Source: Eledone cirrhosa
Taxonomy: Eukaryota
DNA: 64,000 nucleotides
NCBI GenBank assembly: GCA_964016885.1
Contig: OZ024740.1
Span: 200,508,001-200,572,000 of the forward strand
Direction of reading: 5' to 3'
The notes below the pieces were generated by a model. It did no database searches. It saw only the letters and a list, made by a program, of their open reading frames with translations, and was not told the origin of the DNA. This document shows positions 9,283-23,425 of this stretch, piece after piece. Position 1 is the first letter of the stretch; every line of letters starts with the position of its first letter. Made by a program: the position numbers and the translations under genes.

Positions 9283-12272
9283 ATCACAAATTTGTGATCT
9301 GTACGGGCGACCTAAATAAAACGCGTAGGTTAGGACCGGGTTACTGGAAGCTGAACATGTCATTTCCGGCACGTAAGGCTTACAGGGACCGAGTCAACAA
9401 GTTAGTTAAGCAAAAGTTGACTGGGGGGATCATCAACAACAGATGGTGGGGGGCTCTCAAAAGAGAGATTAGAGTAACTTCGATAGAGTTCAGCAAAGAA
9501 CTAACGTTAGAGAAAAATAGAAAGGAGGGGGAGCTGGTAGATAAGTTAGACGAGGCTATTTGTAGTGGCATCGCAACTGACGTGCTAGCGGCGAGAATGG
9601 CATTAGACCATTTCTTCAATGCGAAACACAAAGGTTGCATTGTCAGAGCTAAGGCGCGTGCGCTAAGAAACGAGGGAACTAAAGCTGTTCGATGGGCCCG
9701 CGTGCGGAGGCGCAGCGTGGTAATAAAACCACAATTCGGTCTTTGGCGGACCGAGACGGATACGAGATAAGCGATTCCAAGCGGATGTGTGAGGCCTTTC
9801 GCCAGCACTTTGCTCGGTTGTTCAGGGAGAGTGGCGAGTCAGAGAGAGTAGCAGATTTCAGTCCCTACCTTGACGGCTTGCCGCGCATCTCGACGGTCGA
9901 CGCTGAGCGCTGCGAAAGGCCGATTACTTCAGCCGAAATTCAGGACGCCCTTGTCGGCTGCATGAGGCGCAGGTCACCCGGTTTGGATGGCCTGCCCTAC
10001 GAGCTTTACGTAAATATGCCAGACTTGTTCTCCGAACTCCTCGAAGCACTATACTGTAACTGGTAGCAGAATGGGAGTATTCCCAGTTCTGTGAGCAGAG
10101 CAGTGGTGACGCTGATAAGGAAAGACGAAATCAAGAGGGATACATTAGGCAACTTCAGGCCCATAACTCTGCTCAACACAGAGTTTAAGATTTTGGCCAA
10201 GGTGTTAGCAAAGAGATTGGCGCTTGTCGTCGAGGATTTGGTTGGGGAGGCGCAAACTTGCGCAATCCCAGCCAGGTCCATACACGACAATCTCCACCTC
10301 ATGCGATACATCATAGAGAGGGTAGGGTGTAAACCTGGCTTCGGTGGGGCACTGATCAATTTAGATCAATCGAAAGCATTCGATAGTGTCGACCATCGGT
10401 ATCTGGAGTTTGTCCTCAAAGCAGCTGGCTTCGGTCCTGTCTTTAGAAGCTGGATCGTTGCAATGCACAGCGGCACACGCTCGGTGGTCAAGGTTAATGG
10501 TCACCTCTCGGAACCATTTCGGCTCTCCCGATCGGTCCGTCAAGGGTGCCCTCTCTCTTCCCTTCTGTACGTATTGACTCTCGAGCCTTTACTGCGGAAG
10601 CTGGAGCTGTTGCAGGGCATCGCGCTCGAACCGGGACGTGGAAAGTCTGTGTCGGCTTATGCGGACGACATCACCGTGATGGTGTCGAACACCTCAGAAA
10701 TCGAGGTGGTCGGCACCTTATTGAAGGAATATGAAAGGTTGACAGGAGCCAAACTTAACCCTGAAAAGTCGGTGGGCTTGCAGCTCGGAACCTGGAGAGG
10801 CAAGCCCATGCCGTCCAACAGCGTCGTGGGGGCTCTGGACGGACGGTCCAGTAAAGTTACTCGGGGTTTGGTTCGGACCAGACCTCCAGGTGGAAAAGAA
10901 TTGGGACGAGGTAACGAGCAGAGTAGCCAGTCTCACCCAAAAATGGGCTGGGAGGAAGCTATCACTGAAAGGTCGCGCGGAGGTGGCGAATGCGTACATC
11001 GCGTCCGTCATCTACTACCGCCTAACCGTCGTGCCTTGCCCCGGTCCGCGCCTCGTCAAGCTGGAACGGCTCCTCTTCAAATTCTTGTGGAGGGGACAAG
11101 TTCCGTTGGTGAGGCGGTTCATCTGCTGCCAGCACCCTCTACGCGGAGGGCTGGGCATGCCGTGGCTAATGATGAGCAGACATGCGTTGAGGCTGCGACA
11201 TCTCCAGATATTCTGCCTCAATGGTGAACAGCTGTGGTTGCCGTATATCAGACGGGCCTTTCCGCAGCTCATTTCTTTGACTGAGCTGCAGTCCTGGGTC
11301 AAGAAGAGACCGAGACTGGGTGACTGGCACCTGGAATGTTGCCAGGCACTCACTGCACTCTACCAAGCGGGCAATGCGATCAGTGGAACTTCCACTCTCG
11401 AGTTCTATAGAGGATTAGTGGTGGGCAAGTGCGATGACGCACTCGGAGAAGCTTTGGGCCTCGACGAAGTCGAACTGACCAGTCTGTACCGGAGGACTTT
11501 TGAGCCGGGGACGATGGACAATTTCCAGAAATCCCTCGCTTGGCAGTGCTACCGGGAGGCACTGCCGGTTCGGGATAAACTCTTCAGGCACGGAAGTGCT
11601 GTCAGACGGACCTGCCCAAGATGCGCACAGAACGACGAAACCGTTCTACACGCACTTGTCCAATGTCCGTGCATTACTGACTTGTGGAGTTATGTTGAAC
11701 AGCTACTGTCGCGTGTGGAACGAATCCGGCTATCGGCCGAGTCCATAGTGAAGATCGAGCCGCCACCTTCCTTAGGTCAGGAAGAGCAGGAAATTTTCCT
11801 CTGTCTGGTGGCAGTTGCGAAAGAGATTATATGGTGGACCAGGTTGAAACGACTAAAGACAGACACTTTTCTCTTCGGCCAATCCCTCATCAACTTCTTC
11901 AAGTTTCACCTGGAAAGGAGGGTGAGGGTGGAGAGAGAAGTGCTGCCCCCCAGTACATTTGCTAAAAGGTGGGTGAATGTGGCAAGAATGGCTCGTGTTA
12001 ATGGGCCTACTCTGACCATGCGCCTATAGGCTAGATAACTTGAGGAGAGGGGTGCTCCTGGGTGCCCTAGAAGCGCAGGGTGGTTCAGGATTGGTGGGGT
12101 ACCCGAATCACCCCAGGGTCGTCTATGCATAGTTTATTTTATATTTTTATATTTTCATTGTTAAATTAGTCTTGCCATTGTGCACTTTTACTCGACCTTA
12201 TTGTAAACCCCCACTGTCCCTGTATTTATATTGTCCCCTACATGTCGGCCCTTGTGGCTAATAAATGAAATC
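9280..12272 (+). mobile_element. 5'-truncated Tx1-like copy B (ORF2 pseudogene)
   Basis: Starts at the SDH motif near the end of the APE domain. ORF fragments 9294-9770, 9692-10066, 10091-11227 and 10890-12029. Ends AATAAATGAAATC + (ATT)8. Confidence 0.93.
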
Positions 12273-12296
12273 ATTATTATTATTATTATTATTATT

Positions 12297-15200
12297 GACT
12301 ATGAACGGACGTCTCTTTACTCTCTCTCGTAAGTTTATTTATTTACCTGTCAAAACCTATATATTGAATTTGTTGTTGCTGTGAAGAGGAAAGAATAATA
12401 TTTGAGCCTTTTGGCCCAAATATTTGAACGCTTTTACATTTTAAAAAAATTATCGAAAGAATAAAAAAATAAAATAAACATGGCTGAGCCACGCCCCCCA
12501 GCGATATGTCTGCTGTCGTGCGACAACGACGAAAAAGTTGAGAGGGGCGCTACCTAGAAATTAACAGGAATTGATACAACAAACAACACCATAAACAATG
12601 TGAACAAAGACAGCAATGATAACAACACTGGGAACTCTAATTTTGAAAAAAATGACAGTAACAGCGACAAGGAAAATACAGATAACAAAAAAAATGACAA
12701 ATGCAACAACAATATCAACACCACTAACATGAAAAGAAATAGCGACAACACCAACAGCAACAATACCAACTGCACCGAGAACAACGGAGGCACCAAAGAC
12801 AACAATGATAACAACAACAACACCAACAACAACAACGACAACAACAACAACACGCGCAACGACAACAAGAAGAACACTTTCGCTGCGGCAGCAGCCAAAA
12901 AGGGGCCATGCTTCAACATAAACCTCTCAAACAAAGATGAGAAGTTGGCCCAGGCCTGGAAGCTCATCAAGCAAGAGCAAACCTGGGCCAACTTAACTGA
13001 TATTGAGGCAGTGGAGCGCAGAACGGTGCATTATAGATGCATCGCAGCACAAACCAAAAGGGCAGCTTTAATTCCACAAGCAGATGTTGAAGTCGCGCTG
13101 AGGTGCATCAGAGATGACACCGAATACATAGCGAGGGGCAGACAGTACGGCAAAATTTCGGTACTGTTTAAGTCAGAAGCCCTCGCTATAAAACACGCTA
13201 TGACTCCCTGCAAAACCAGCAAGGTCATAATGTACCCATCCCACATGGGAAAAAGAACGACCCGTCTCTGCATTCCCAGAATCCCACCAGGACTTGACGT
13301 GTGGTGGCTTCTGGGATGTGTGATTGTGGAGGGGACGGATACCGTCCCGATAGAATTGACAAGAGCTGCCAGAGAGGGCTGGTCCGGGGTTACCCTGGAG
13401 ATACTTCTCCAGATCAGGCCCGAGAATGTGAAGACAATCCCGAACCACATCCGCCTTCAGAATGGGACGTCATTCATATTATGACCGAGGGTGAAAGGCC
13501 GCAGTGTTTTGTTTGTGGGGAAAAAACACATTTGCGAGCCTTCTGCCCTCAACTGCTGAAAGATGCAAGGGGTCGAAGGGCTTCACTGCTGCCGACGCCG
13601 TGGCGAGGACTACATCCAACACCAGCACCGGCAAAACCACCAGCACCAACACCAATAGAAAGACCACCAGCAACATTGACCACCCAGGGGGGAAACGAGG
13701 AAAGTTGTCAAATTCCCCCTCCCCCCAAAAATACACACACCAATAAAAACATAAACACACACACAGACACACTTACAGACACAGATCCCTCATCTACCAG
13801 TAGTGAAGATGAGGGAAAAACCAAATCCCCCAAAATACAGAAAAAGGAAACACAAAAAGAAAAGAAAAACTCAACAAAGCACAAAATCACCCACTATAAG
13901 AAATGCAGAGACCACCCACGCAAACATCTCCCCAAAAACACCAACATCAACACCACCATCACCATCACCAGAATCCCCCAAACGCAAACAACCTAAACAG
14001 ACCCAAGAACTAATACACACACAAACATCTGAAACCACAGACACCGCACTCACAACAAAAACAGACACAACCGAAACAACACCATCAAAACCATCACCAC
14101 CATAGCCACACAAAGAAATAAAATCACACCAACAAAACATACAAATCTTCGAGCTCGTCAGGAGGGCCAACAAAGAACTGATGACCCTCGTAGCACGAAG
14201 TGAAGATATACAAAAAGAGGGGGAAATTTTTAAATCGATCACATTTCGCGTGCCGGAAGATTTGTTTCTGGTGCGAATGTCGCTCGATTTATACAAAGAG
14301 ATACGAGACGTGGGAACCACGAACGTAAAAACCACTTCAAGACTTTTAAAGGGGTTCCCAAAAGAAACCCCACCAACTATGGAGGTCGAACAACCCGACC
14401 TTCACAAGAGCCCGGAAGGTAAGTAAACCTTCCGTCTCTCTCTTTTTAACCTGCTAAAATGGCCGTATTAAGAGTAGGATGTTTAAATGTTCGATCCCTG
14501 GGATCGTCCTGGAAGCAGGGTCACTTGCTCAATGACTTCAGGTCTCTAGAAATGGATGTCAGCGAGACCAGGATTTCCGACACGCGGGGTGGCAGTGCTT
14601 GGCAGTGCTGTTTAGGAAAGGCCTGGATCTCGAGGTAAGGTCGATCTTCCGGGACCCGGACGGAAAGTTGGTGGTCCTGGACGTGAACAATAACGAAGGT
14701 GGTGCCTTTAGACTGGTGGCCGTCTATGCTCCTACTGGGGCAGGACGGCCGAAAATCTTTAGACGCCTGGAAGCCTTTCTGGGTACGTCTCGCCCTTTAC
14801 TGTTAGCGGGGGACTGAAATGGCATCTTAGACGCACGCTGGGACTGTGTGGGAGTATCCGATAGGAGCGGGGAGTGCAAAAGCCTGAAGAGCCTGATCAG
14901 CCAGTTCCAGCTGTCTGACAGGTACCCACTAGATTTCCCTAATGCGCCAGTGTGGACCTGAGCTAACCGCATAGGGTCATCTAGATCGTATATAGACAGG
15001 ATATTCATTAGGAAAATAGACAGAAATAGTGTAAGCTGTACACGTTTTGAAACGGTCGCCTATTCAGATCACAAGTTTGTGATCTGTATGGTTGACCTAG
15101 ATAAGACGCGTAGGTTAGGACCTGGTTACTGGAAGCTAAACATGTCATTTCCGGCACGTAAGGCTTACAGGGACCCGGTCAACAATTTAGTTAAGAAAAA

Positions 15201-17911
15201 GTTGACAGGAGGAGTCGTCAACAATAGATGGCGAGGGGCTCTCAAAAGAGAGATTATAGTAACTTCGGTAGAGTTTAGCAAAGAAGTAGCGTTAGAGAAA
15301 ACTAGAAAGGAGTGGGAGTTGGTAGATAAGTTAGACGAGGCTATTGGTAGTGGCATTGCAACTCACGTGCTAGCGGCCAGAATGGCATTAGACCATTTAT
15401 TCAATGCGAAACACGAAGGTTGCATTGTCAGAGCTAAGGCGCGGGCTCTGAGAAACGAGGTAACCAGAGTTGATCGATGGGCCCGCGTGGCAGATGCGCA
15501 GCGTGGTAACAAAACCACGATTCGGTCTTTGACGGACCGAGACGGACACGAGCTGAGCGATTCCAAGCGGATGTGTGAGGCCTTTCGCCAACATTTTGCT
15601 CGGTTGTTCGGGGGAAGTGGCGGGTCGGAGACGGTGGCGGACTTCAGTCCCTACCTCGATGGCTTGCCGCAACTCTCGACGGCTGACGCTGGGCGCTGCG
15701 AAAGGCCAATTACTTCAGCCGAGATTCAGGATGCCCTTGTCGGCTGCATGAGGCGCAAGTCACCCGGTTTGGATGGTCTGCCCTACGAGCTTTACGTAAA
15801 TATGCCATTTACGTAAATATGCGAATTTACGTAAATTCTCCAATCTCCTCGAAGCCCTCTACTGCAACTGGCAGCAAAACGGGAGTATTCCAAGTTCTGT
15901 GAGCCGGAGCGTAGTGACGCTGATAAGGAAAGACGAGAACAAGAGGGACACATTAGACAATTTCAGGCCCATAACTCTGCTCATAACCTCCACCTAATGC
16001 GATACATCATAGAGAGGGTAGGGTGTAAACCTGGCTTCGGTGGGGCACTGGTCAATTTAGATCAATCGAAAGCATTCGATAGGGTCGACAATCGGTACCT
16101 GGAGGCTGTCCTCAAGGCGGCTAGCTTCGGCCCCGTCTTCATGAGCTGGATCGCTGCAATGCACAACGGCACCTGCTCGATGGTCAAAATTAATGGCCAC
16201 CTCTTGAAAGCGTTTCAGGTCTCCCGATCGGTCCGTCAAGGGTGCCCTCTATCCTCCCTTCTGTACGTATTGACTCTCGAGCCTTTACTGCGGAAGCTAT
16301 AGCTGTTGCAAGGCATCCCGCTCGAACCGGGACGTGGAAAGGCTGTGTCGGCTGATGCGGACGACATCACCGTGATGGTGTCGGACACCTCAGAAATCGA
16401 GGTGGTCGGCAACTTGGAGGAATATGAAAGGTTGACGGGGGTAAAACTTAACCCGGAAGAGTCGGTGGGCTTGAAACTCGGCACCTGGAGAGGCAAGCCC
16501 ATGCCATCCAACAGCGTCGTTAGGCGCTGGACGGATGGACCGGTAACCTTGCTAGGGGTTTGGTTCGGGCCATACCTCCCGGTGGATAAGTATTGGGACG
16601 AAGTGACGGGCAGGGCAGCCAGTTTCACCCAGAAATGGGCTGGGATAAAGCTATCACTGAAAGGTCGGGCGGAGGTGGCGAACGCGTACATCGCGTCTGT
16701 CATCTACTACCGTCTGACCGTCGTCCCATGCCCCCGTTCGCGTCTCGCATCTTTGAGCAGCTCCTCTTCAAATTCTTGTGGAGGGGTCAGGTTCCGCTGG
16801 AGGGCTGGGCATGCCGTGGCTAATGATGTGCAGGCACGCGCTGAGGCTGCGGCATCTCCAGATATTCTGCCTAAACGGTGACCAGATGTGGTCGCCGTTC
16901 GTCAGACGGGCCTTTCCGCAGCTCATTTCTTTGACTGAGCTGCAGTCCTGTGTCAAGAAGAGACCGAGACTGGTGACTCTCATCTGAAATGTTGCCAGGC
17001 ACTCACTGCTCTCTACTAGGCGGGCAATGCCGTCAGTGGAACTTCCACTCTAGAGTTCTATAGAGGAGTGGTGGGCAAGTGCGACGACGCACTCGGAGAG
17101 GGTCTGGGAGTCAACGATGTCGAACTAACCAGTCTGTACCGGAGGACTTTCGAGCCAGGGACGATGGATAATTTCCAAAAATCCCTCGCTTGGCAGTGCT
17201 ACCGGGGGCACTGCCGGTTCGAGATAAACTCTACAGGCACGGAAGTGCTGTCAGACGGACCTGCCCGAGATGCGCGCAGAGTGACGAAACCGTTTTGCAC
17301 GCACTCGTCCAGTGTCCGTGCATTACTGACTTGTGGATTTATGTTGAACAGCTGTTGTCGCGTGTAGAACGGATCCGGCTATCGGCCGAGTCCATAGTGA
17401 AGATCGACCCGCCGCCTTCTTCTAGCCAGGAAGGCCAGGCAATTTTCCTCTGTCTGGTGGCAGTAGCGAAAGAGGTTGTATGGTGGACGAGGTTGAAAGG
17501 ACTGAAGTTTCACTTGGAAAGGAAGGTGAGTGTGGAGAGAGACGTGCTGCCCCCCAGTACATTTGCTGAATGGTGGGTGAATGTGGCGAGAATGGCCCGT
17601 GTGAGTGGGCCTACTCTGGTCATGCGGCTGTAGGTAGATAAATTTGAGGAGGAGAGAGGATGCCCTTCCAGGGTGCTCTCGGAGCGTCGGGTCGTTCAGG
17701 ACTTGTGGGGTACCTGAGCGAACCCTGGGTGGTTATCCCCCCTATTGGGGAATGTTTTCTTGTAATTTTATTGTTACTTTATTGTTACTTTGTTAGTGTT
17801 ACTTTGTTATTGTTATTCATATTGTTTACTCGATTTTTCTGTAAAACCCCACTGTCCCAGTCTTTTGTATTTTCCCTTATATGTCGGCCCTTGTGGCCAA
17901 TAAATTAAATC
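12297..17911 (+). mobile_element. Full-length degenerate Tx1-like copy C (second family)
   Basis: ORF1 about 12480-14426 (N-rich, CFVCGEKTHLRAFC). ORF2 about 14459-17633 with stops, frameshifts and deletions. Flanked by ATT repeats 12273-12296 and 17912-17931. Confidence 0.93.
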
Positions 17912-17939
17912 ATTATTATTATTATCATTATTTTTTTTT

Positions 17940-18365
17940 CCTTTTGAGTCTTAGTCATTAATGTTATTAAACTGGAAAGTTTGTTCAAATGAAGATCAAG
18001 CTGCTACCTGAAGCCTCAGATATTCAGGACGTATCGGAGGATTCTTGCTGTACCCAGCAAGCATGCATTTTTGAAGTGTTGTAAAACATGGGGCTGGACT
18101 AATGTTTTTTTACCATCCTTGAAATCTCTTCGAGATAGTACCTAGTGTTTCTATAACAATCGAGACGACCTTGATCTCATGACAGTCCCAAATCCTTTTT
18201 AATTCCCACTTCAAATCTTGATATCAGTTAATTTTTTCCTTCTCCTTTTCTTGCACTCTTGTGTCAAAGGGGCAGGCTACATCTACAATCAGACTTGATA
18301 GTTTTTCCTTGTCAAAAACCACCAGGTCATGCCTCTTGTGTTCTAATTTCTTGCCTGTCTGTATC
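17940..18365 (-). mobile_element. 3' fragment of a Dong/R4-like element (RLE nuclease region)
   Basis: Minus strand encodes IVDVACPFDTRVQEKEKEKIN..QDLKWE..LQKCMLAGYSKNP. Homologous to 50818-51240. Confidence 0.8.
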
Positions 18366-18369
18366 ATAA

Positions 18370-18960
18370 AGCTTATTAACAGCTAATCAAGAACAAATCT
18401 TATTAACATGTAACTATAAAACCAATGTGATGATAAATCGAATAGTTCCAAAGTGCCGATTCTGCAATGATGAGATTGAAACAGTAGACCATTTCGTCTC
18501 TGAGCAAGGTATTTCGTCTAGAGCAAGGTATGACAGAGTTGGCCTATATCTACACTAGTTTCTGTGTCAGCATTATAAATCAAAATTGCCGACAACTGAG
18601 AGGAAATATTTAATGATTCTTTTGTGACTTTCCAATACAGACAGAAAAATCAAAGCACTCGGATATTATTGAAAAAAAAAAACAACATAACAAAGGCTGT
18701 TTATTGGCTGATATGGGTATCCCATGTGTCCACAATATTGCGGCAAAAGAAATTGACCGGCTCAGAAAATATGACGATTTGCTCACTAAATTGAAAAAGA
18801 AAATGTATCAACTCAAGACGGTCACTATTGTAATGAATGTAGGAGAACTAGGGATGATTTTGAAAGGGACAGTAAATTATTTGTGAATGATCCTTGGCTT
18901 ACCATTTCTGCAAGAAATAAAAAAAATGTTTTAAGTGGCTCGGCACAGATATAGAAGAGA
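18370..18960 (+). mobile_element. Degraded 3' fragment of a Dong/R4-like element
   Basis: PKCRFCNDEIETVDHFVS, YDRVG, LADMGIPCVHNIAAKE..KY. Homologous to 39530-40170. Confidence 0.8.
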
Positions 18961-19261
18961 GAATCGCAGTGAGGAAGATTATTCTCCAATTTTTTTCACA
19001 TAACTTTATTTGATTATATTCCATAATTATAAGTTGTAAATAACCGAACACCTTCATATTATTGATTATCATTTTGTTGTAAATATACAAACTCACACAC
19101 ACAAGTGCACACATATAGAGTATAGGACATTTTATGATGATGCGTATCTGTACATGAGTGAAATTAAGTGAAAACAAAGAATGGAAGATATATTTCTTTC
19201 TGAGGATACAAAAACATAGCCCGCCCAACTACACCCCCTTCTCTCCTCATCTGCCTTCCTT

Positions 19262-19314
19262 TCTTCTTCTTCTTCTTCTTCTTCTTCTTCTTCTTCTTCT
19301 TCTTCTTCTTCTTC
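19262..19314. repeat. (TTC)n microsatellite
   Basis: Direct reading. Confidence 0.95.
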
Positions 19315-19583
19315 ATTATAGCTATATTCACCACCCCACCTTTTCTTTATCTTATTAACTGTTCTTCTTCCCCCCATCTTCATTACCGTCTTCGCCGCCT
19401 CCATCCCCATCTTATTATCCCTGCCATTACGTTCCTCGACTACCAGCTAACAGGCACCTATAAATAAAAAGACTGACCAAATTAACCTGACATTCCCGAT
19501 GATTTCATACGAATGAAACACGTTTTTTCTTGTAGAAATCATTTCTCTCTCTCTCCCTTCCCGTCTCTCTCGCTCTCTTTATA

Positions 19584-19633
<50 letters not shown>

Positions 19634-20030
19634 CGTTTCTGAATTCTTGATGGCGTAGGACAGAACAAAGGAGAGGCACAAAACAAAGAAAAGAATCCCC
19701 AGTCACTGAAGATGTCACAGAATGTGTGACGAAAGAACGTTAACAATATATGAACAACCGTCCGGTTATGGAACCAACCAACCAACCGAAAATTTATAAA
19801 TTCTTAAATTTATGAATGTTATTTATAATAAATTGGAGTGAATGCAACTGGTGCGTGTGTTTCTTATTGGCAACATGACCCTCCCAAAGCATAACAATAT
19901 ATATATATATATATTGTTATGTCTATATATATATATATATATATTGTTATTATGTATGTATAAGTAAGTGCCGTACTAAGAGTGAGAAATGAAATTTCAT
20001 TTCATTCTATTCCATTTATATTGTTATTGT

Positions 20031-20063
<33 letters not shown>

Positions 20064-20227
20064 GTCCCAAGGCTCTGATACCATCAACACTATAAATACA
20101 GAGCTGGCATATCTAAGAACTGACTAACTGCCTGATAAGGTCATAGTCATTAAATGGCTATCATCGGAATATATATAGCAGTAAATAAAGGATTATGAGT
20201 TCATGCAATTGACTTATGTTTCGTCAC

Positions 20228-20258
<31 letters not shown>

Positions 20259-20511
20259 TTATATATATACAATATATTAATAAATGGAAACGATATTTGT
20301 AAAACCATAATTATTTTATTATATATATTTCAAGGGCAACTAAGGCAAATTTTGGTATATATATATATAATTATTTATAACATAACAGTGATATGGGGAA
20401 ACCATCTTTATTTATATGACATGCTGGATGAGTTGGGATGATATAACCCAACGAAACTTAACTAGCTGTACATGTCACGGTTGTAACTAATTATACTTAA
20501 CTCGTAGTTCA

Positions 20512-20568
<57 letters not shown>

Positions 20569-20571
<3 letters not shown>

Positions 20572-20793
20572 AAAGGGATGAAATCGAAAATGCAACTGAA
20601 GTCTTATTTTTTTTTTAAATATATATATTTATTTGGTTCCTTTACCGGTTTCGCAGTTCTTCTGCTTTTCAAAAGGTGAGTTGAGATGGAGGGTCTGTGG
20701 TTTTTCTCACATCTGATGTGAGAAACCAAATAAATATATATATTTTTTAAAAAAATAAGACCTCAGTTGCATTTTCGATTTCATCCCTTTTTC
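20569..20793. mobile_element. Foldback, probably inverted Penelope-like pLTR remnant, inserted in (TA)n
   Basis: Arms of about 70 bp (gaaaaagggatgaaatcgaaaatgcaactga... / ...tcagttgcattttcgatttcatccctttttc) enclosing a hammerhead motif. Confidence 0.65.
20639..20676 (-). ncRNA. Minimal type I hammerhead ribozyme motif (U3-A8 core variant)
   Basis: CCTT-TTGAAAA-GCAG-aagaa-CTGC-GAAA-C-CG-GTA-AAGG: stems I and II pair and stem III is the palindromic ACCGGT typical of PLE hammerheads. Confidence 0.6.
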
Positions 20794-20854
20794 TTTATAC
20801 TTCCACTCGTGTAGGACACCTCGGTTATTTTTCATTTTGTAAAAAAAACCTCAC

Positions 20855-21137
<283 letters not shown>

Positions 21138-21189
21138 CATCGTTTGACTTTTATATGGGTTTCAGCCGTAAGCTGTGTCCAAGCTGAAT

Positions 21190-22255
21190 CACCAACATTC
21201 ATACAACACCTTATATAGCCAGCCCTGCATGGTTGGCCATTGATACAAAAAGGAGTGTCTTGCTGCCGCTCTTATTTATTCCTCACCAAGTGCTGTGGAT
21301 TCATCCGGATTCTTGTTTAACAGAATGTCAAGATGTTTCTTGAAACATCAACTTGCACACCATGTAGAACTCCCAGATTTTTAGCAACTTATTAAAGACC
21401 TAGAGCCTTTGAATACCAGGCAATTTCAGTATCTGGTCTTTATTCTTCATGTAAAAATGGGACCTTTGACGCTAAGCAGTGGTGTCAGATTCGTGGGATG
21501 GTCCATATGTCAACGCCGCGTATAGGTTCTAGCCATTCGAGGCTCTGAGTATCTTTCCCATCTTGGCTCCAAGGTGTAGAGCTTTCCTTATTTCAAGCTC
21601 TCGCAGTAGCTCACCTCTACCATCGAGGCAACCCTCTTGCAGTAGCTTCGTTGGATTGGTTAGTTTAACAATGGGGGCCAACCACAGCTGAGAGCAATAG
21701 TCCAATCGGTTGAGTACAAAAGTCCTCCGGATAACCAATATGGTTTCTCGTTCTGAAAGTCTTCAAAATCCAGCCTGCCATTCATCTGCACATTTCCCTC
21801 ATTTTGGTGATGTGCATGAAACGATGCATCATTGGTCATGTCAAAACCCAGGTCACATATTAATTTCGACTTGGGGATTTTCAATTCCTCCTGGTACGTT
21901 GTAACTTTATTTTAGTGGTCCTGTGGAGGTGAGATGTTAACGGAAGGCTTCAAATTTTATGGCATTAAATTGCATGTTGTTGTCTTCGGACCATTCGTAT
22001 ATGGCATCTAAATCGTTTGTAAGAGAGTAGCATAAGTCGGTTTCTTGATAGCCTGTGCTACCTTCGTGTCATCAGCATAGCTTCTGAAGTAGGCTGTCTG
22101 TGTTACAGAGGGCATGTCTGTGAGGTCCACCGCAAATAGTAGTGGTCCCACGATGGTTCCCTGGGGCACGCCCCTTTTTATTAACATTTCCTTCGAGATG
22201 CCCCCATTGGCTGCATCAGTTTGGCTTCATTCTTTTAGAAAGCCACGAAGCGTTG
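21190..22255 (-). mobile_element. Degraded CR1-group LINE RT fragment
   Basis: GVPQGTIVGPLLF at about 22140-22172, SYADDTK at about 22062-22083, DLDAIYEWSEDNNMQFNA, RLDYCSQLW. Confidence 0.8.
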
Positions 22256-22279
22256 CACCTACTATATATATATATATAT

Positions 22280-22990
22280 ATTGTGCACCTAACCAACATA
22301 AAAACTTTAAAATTTTCCCCATTTACAAATTCATAGACAACGCTTCTTTCATCCATCGTACCAATAAGGAAACGTACTTCATTAACAAATTCCAACCCCT
22401 ACTTAATGGACTAAACTTCGGACTAAACTAAAACTGGAACGAACAATTAACCAAAACCAAATCCCTATGTTTCTCTAAAGAGTTACCTCCCCCACACCCT
22501 ACCTAATCCTTTTTCTTATATAAATTATATACCCTCTCTCACTTCTCTCTCACCTACATAACCACCTTGAATTACCTCCCCCTGCATATTAACTCTCTAA
22601 AAAGGGAAATCATATCAAACCCCAGATTACCATTTGCCTCCCTCATGGATCAACTAAGCACTCTTGACATAATAACACATTTTGAACTGCTTATCCTCAA
22701 GAATTATGCCAGTAAATAATATTATTTTTCCACCATTTCCTTAACATGTTCAACATGACCATTTTACACCAAAACATATTCCCCCCTTTTGATAATGCAT
22801 AAAATGCTGAAACCGGTAATAGACAATTATTAAATATATAAATAAATAAATAAATGCCATTGTTAATTAATAAATAAATTAACTAATACCTCAACACTTC
22901 ACACAAAGTAAAATATTTTGTTTTAAACATTTTCTAATCCAGAAAAAAGAGAGAAAAAAAATAAAGAAAATAAAGAAAAAAAATGTCTTC
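22280..22990 (+). mobile_element. 3' fragment of a Penelope-like element (GIY-YIG C-terminus + pLTR)
   Basis: CAPNQHKNFKIFPIYKF...RTNKETYFINKFQPLLN resembles the PLE endonuclease C-terminus. Hammerhead motif at 22789-22818; flanked by (TA)n. Confidence 0.7.
22787..22822 (+). ncRNA. Degenerate minimal hammerhead motif (U3-A8 core)
   Basis: TTGATAA-tGCAT-aaa-ATGCt-GAAA-C-CG-GTA; stem I is poorly preserved. Confidence 0.5.
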
Positions 22991-23015
22991 CTAATAATCG
23001 TCTTTTTCTCCCTGT

Positions 23016-23102
<87 letters not shown>

Positions 23103-23103
23103 C

Positions 23104-23290
23104 TATATAGAAATGTCCTCTACAGGACTAGAACTGTTTCGTTCGAAGGAAATCATGAGCTTTACTGATGATTTTCTTCGAATGAAACAGTTCTAGTCTT
23201 GTAGAAGGTATTTCTATATTAAATATGTATACTCTGCTACGTATTGAGTACATTACTTACTGTGGTTACCACCTATTGAACCGGGGACAC
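23104..23290. mobile_element. Foldback PLE-like remnant with CTGATGA...GAAAC core
   Basis: Inverted arms tagaaatgtcctctacaggactagaactgtttcgttcgaa / ttcgaatgaaacagttctagtcttgtagaaggtatttcta, between (TA)n tracts. Confidence 0.55.
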
Positions 23291-23297
23291 ACACACA

Positions 23298-23336
<39 letters not shown>

Positions 23337-23425
23337 ATAATAATAAATTTGAAGACTAAAATCCAAAGAGGGTTCGATAAGGATAAATATATATCAAAGA
23401 TAAAAGAACTGTAGAGCAAATATTT

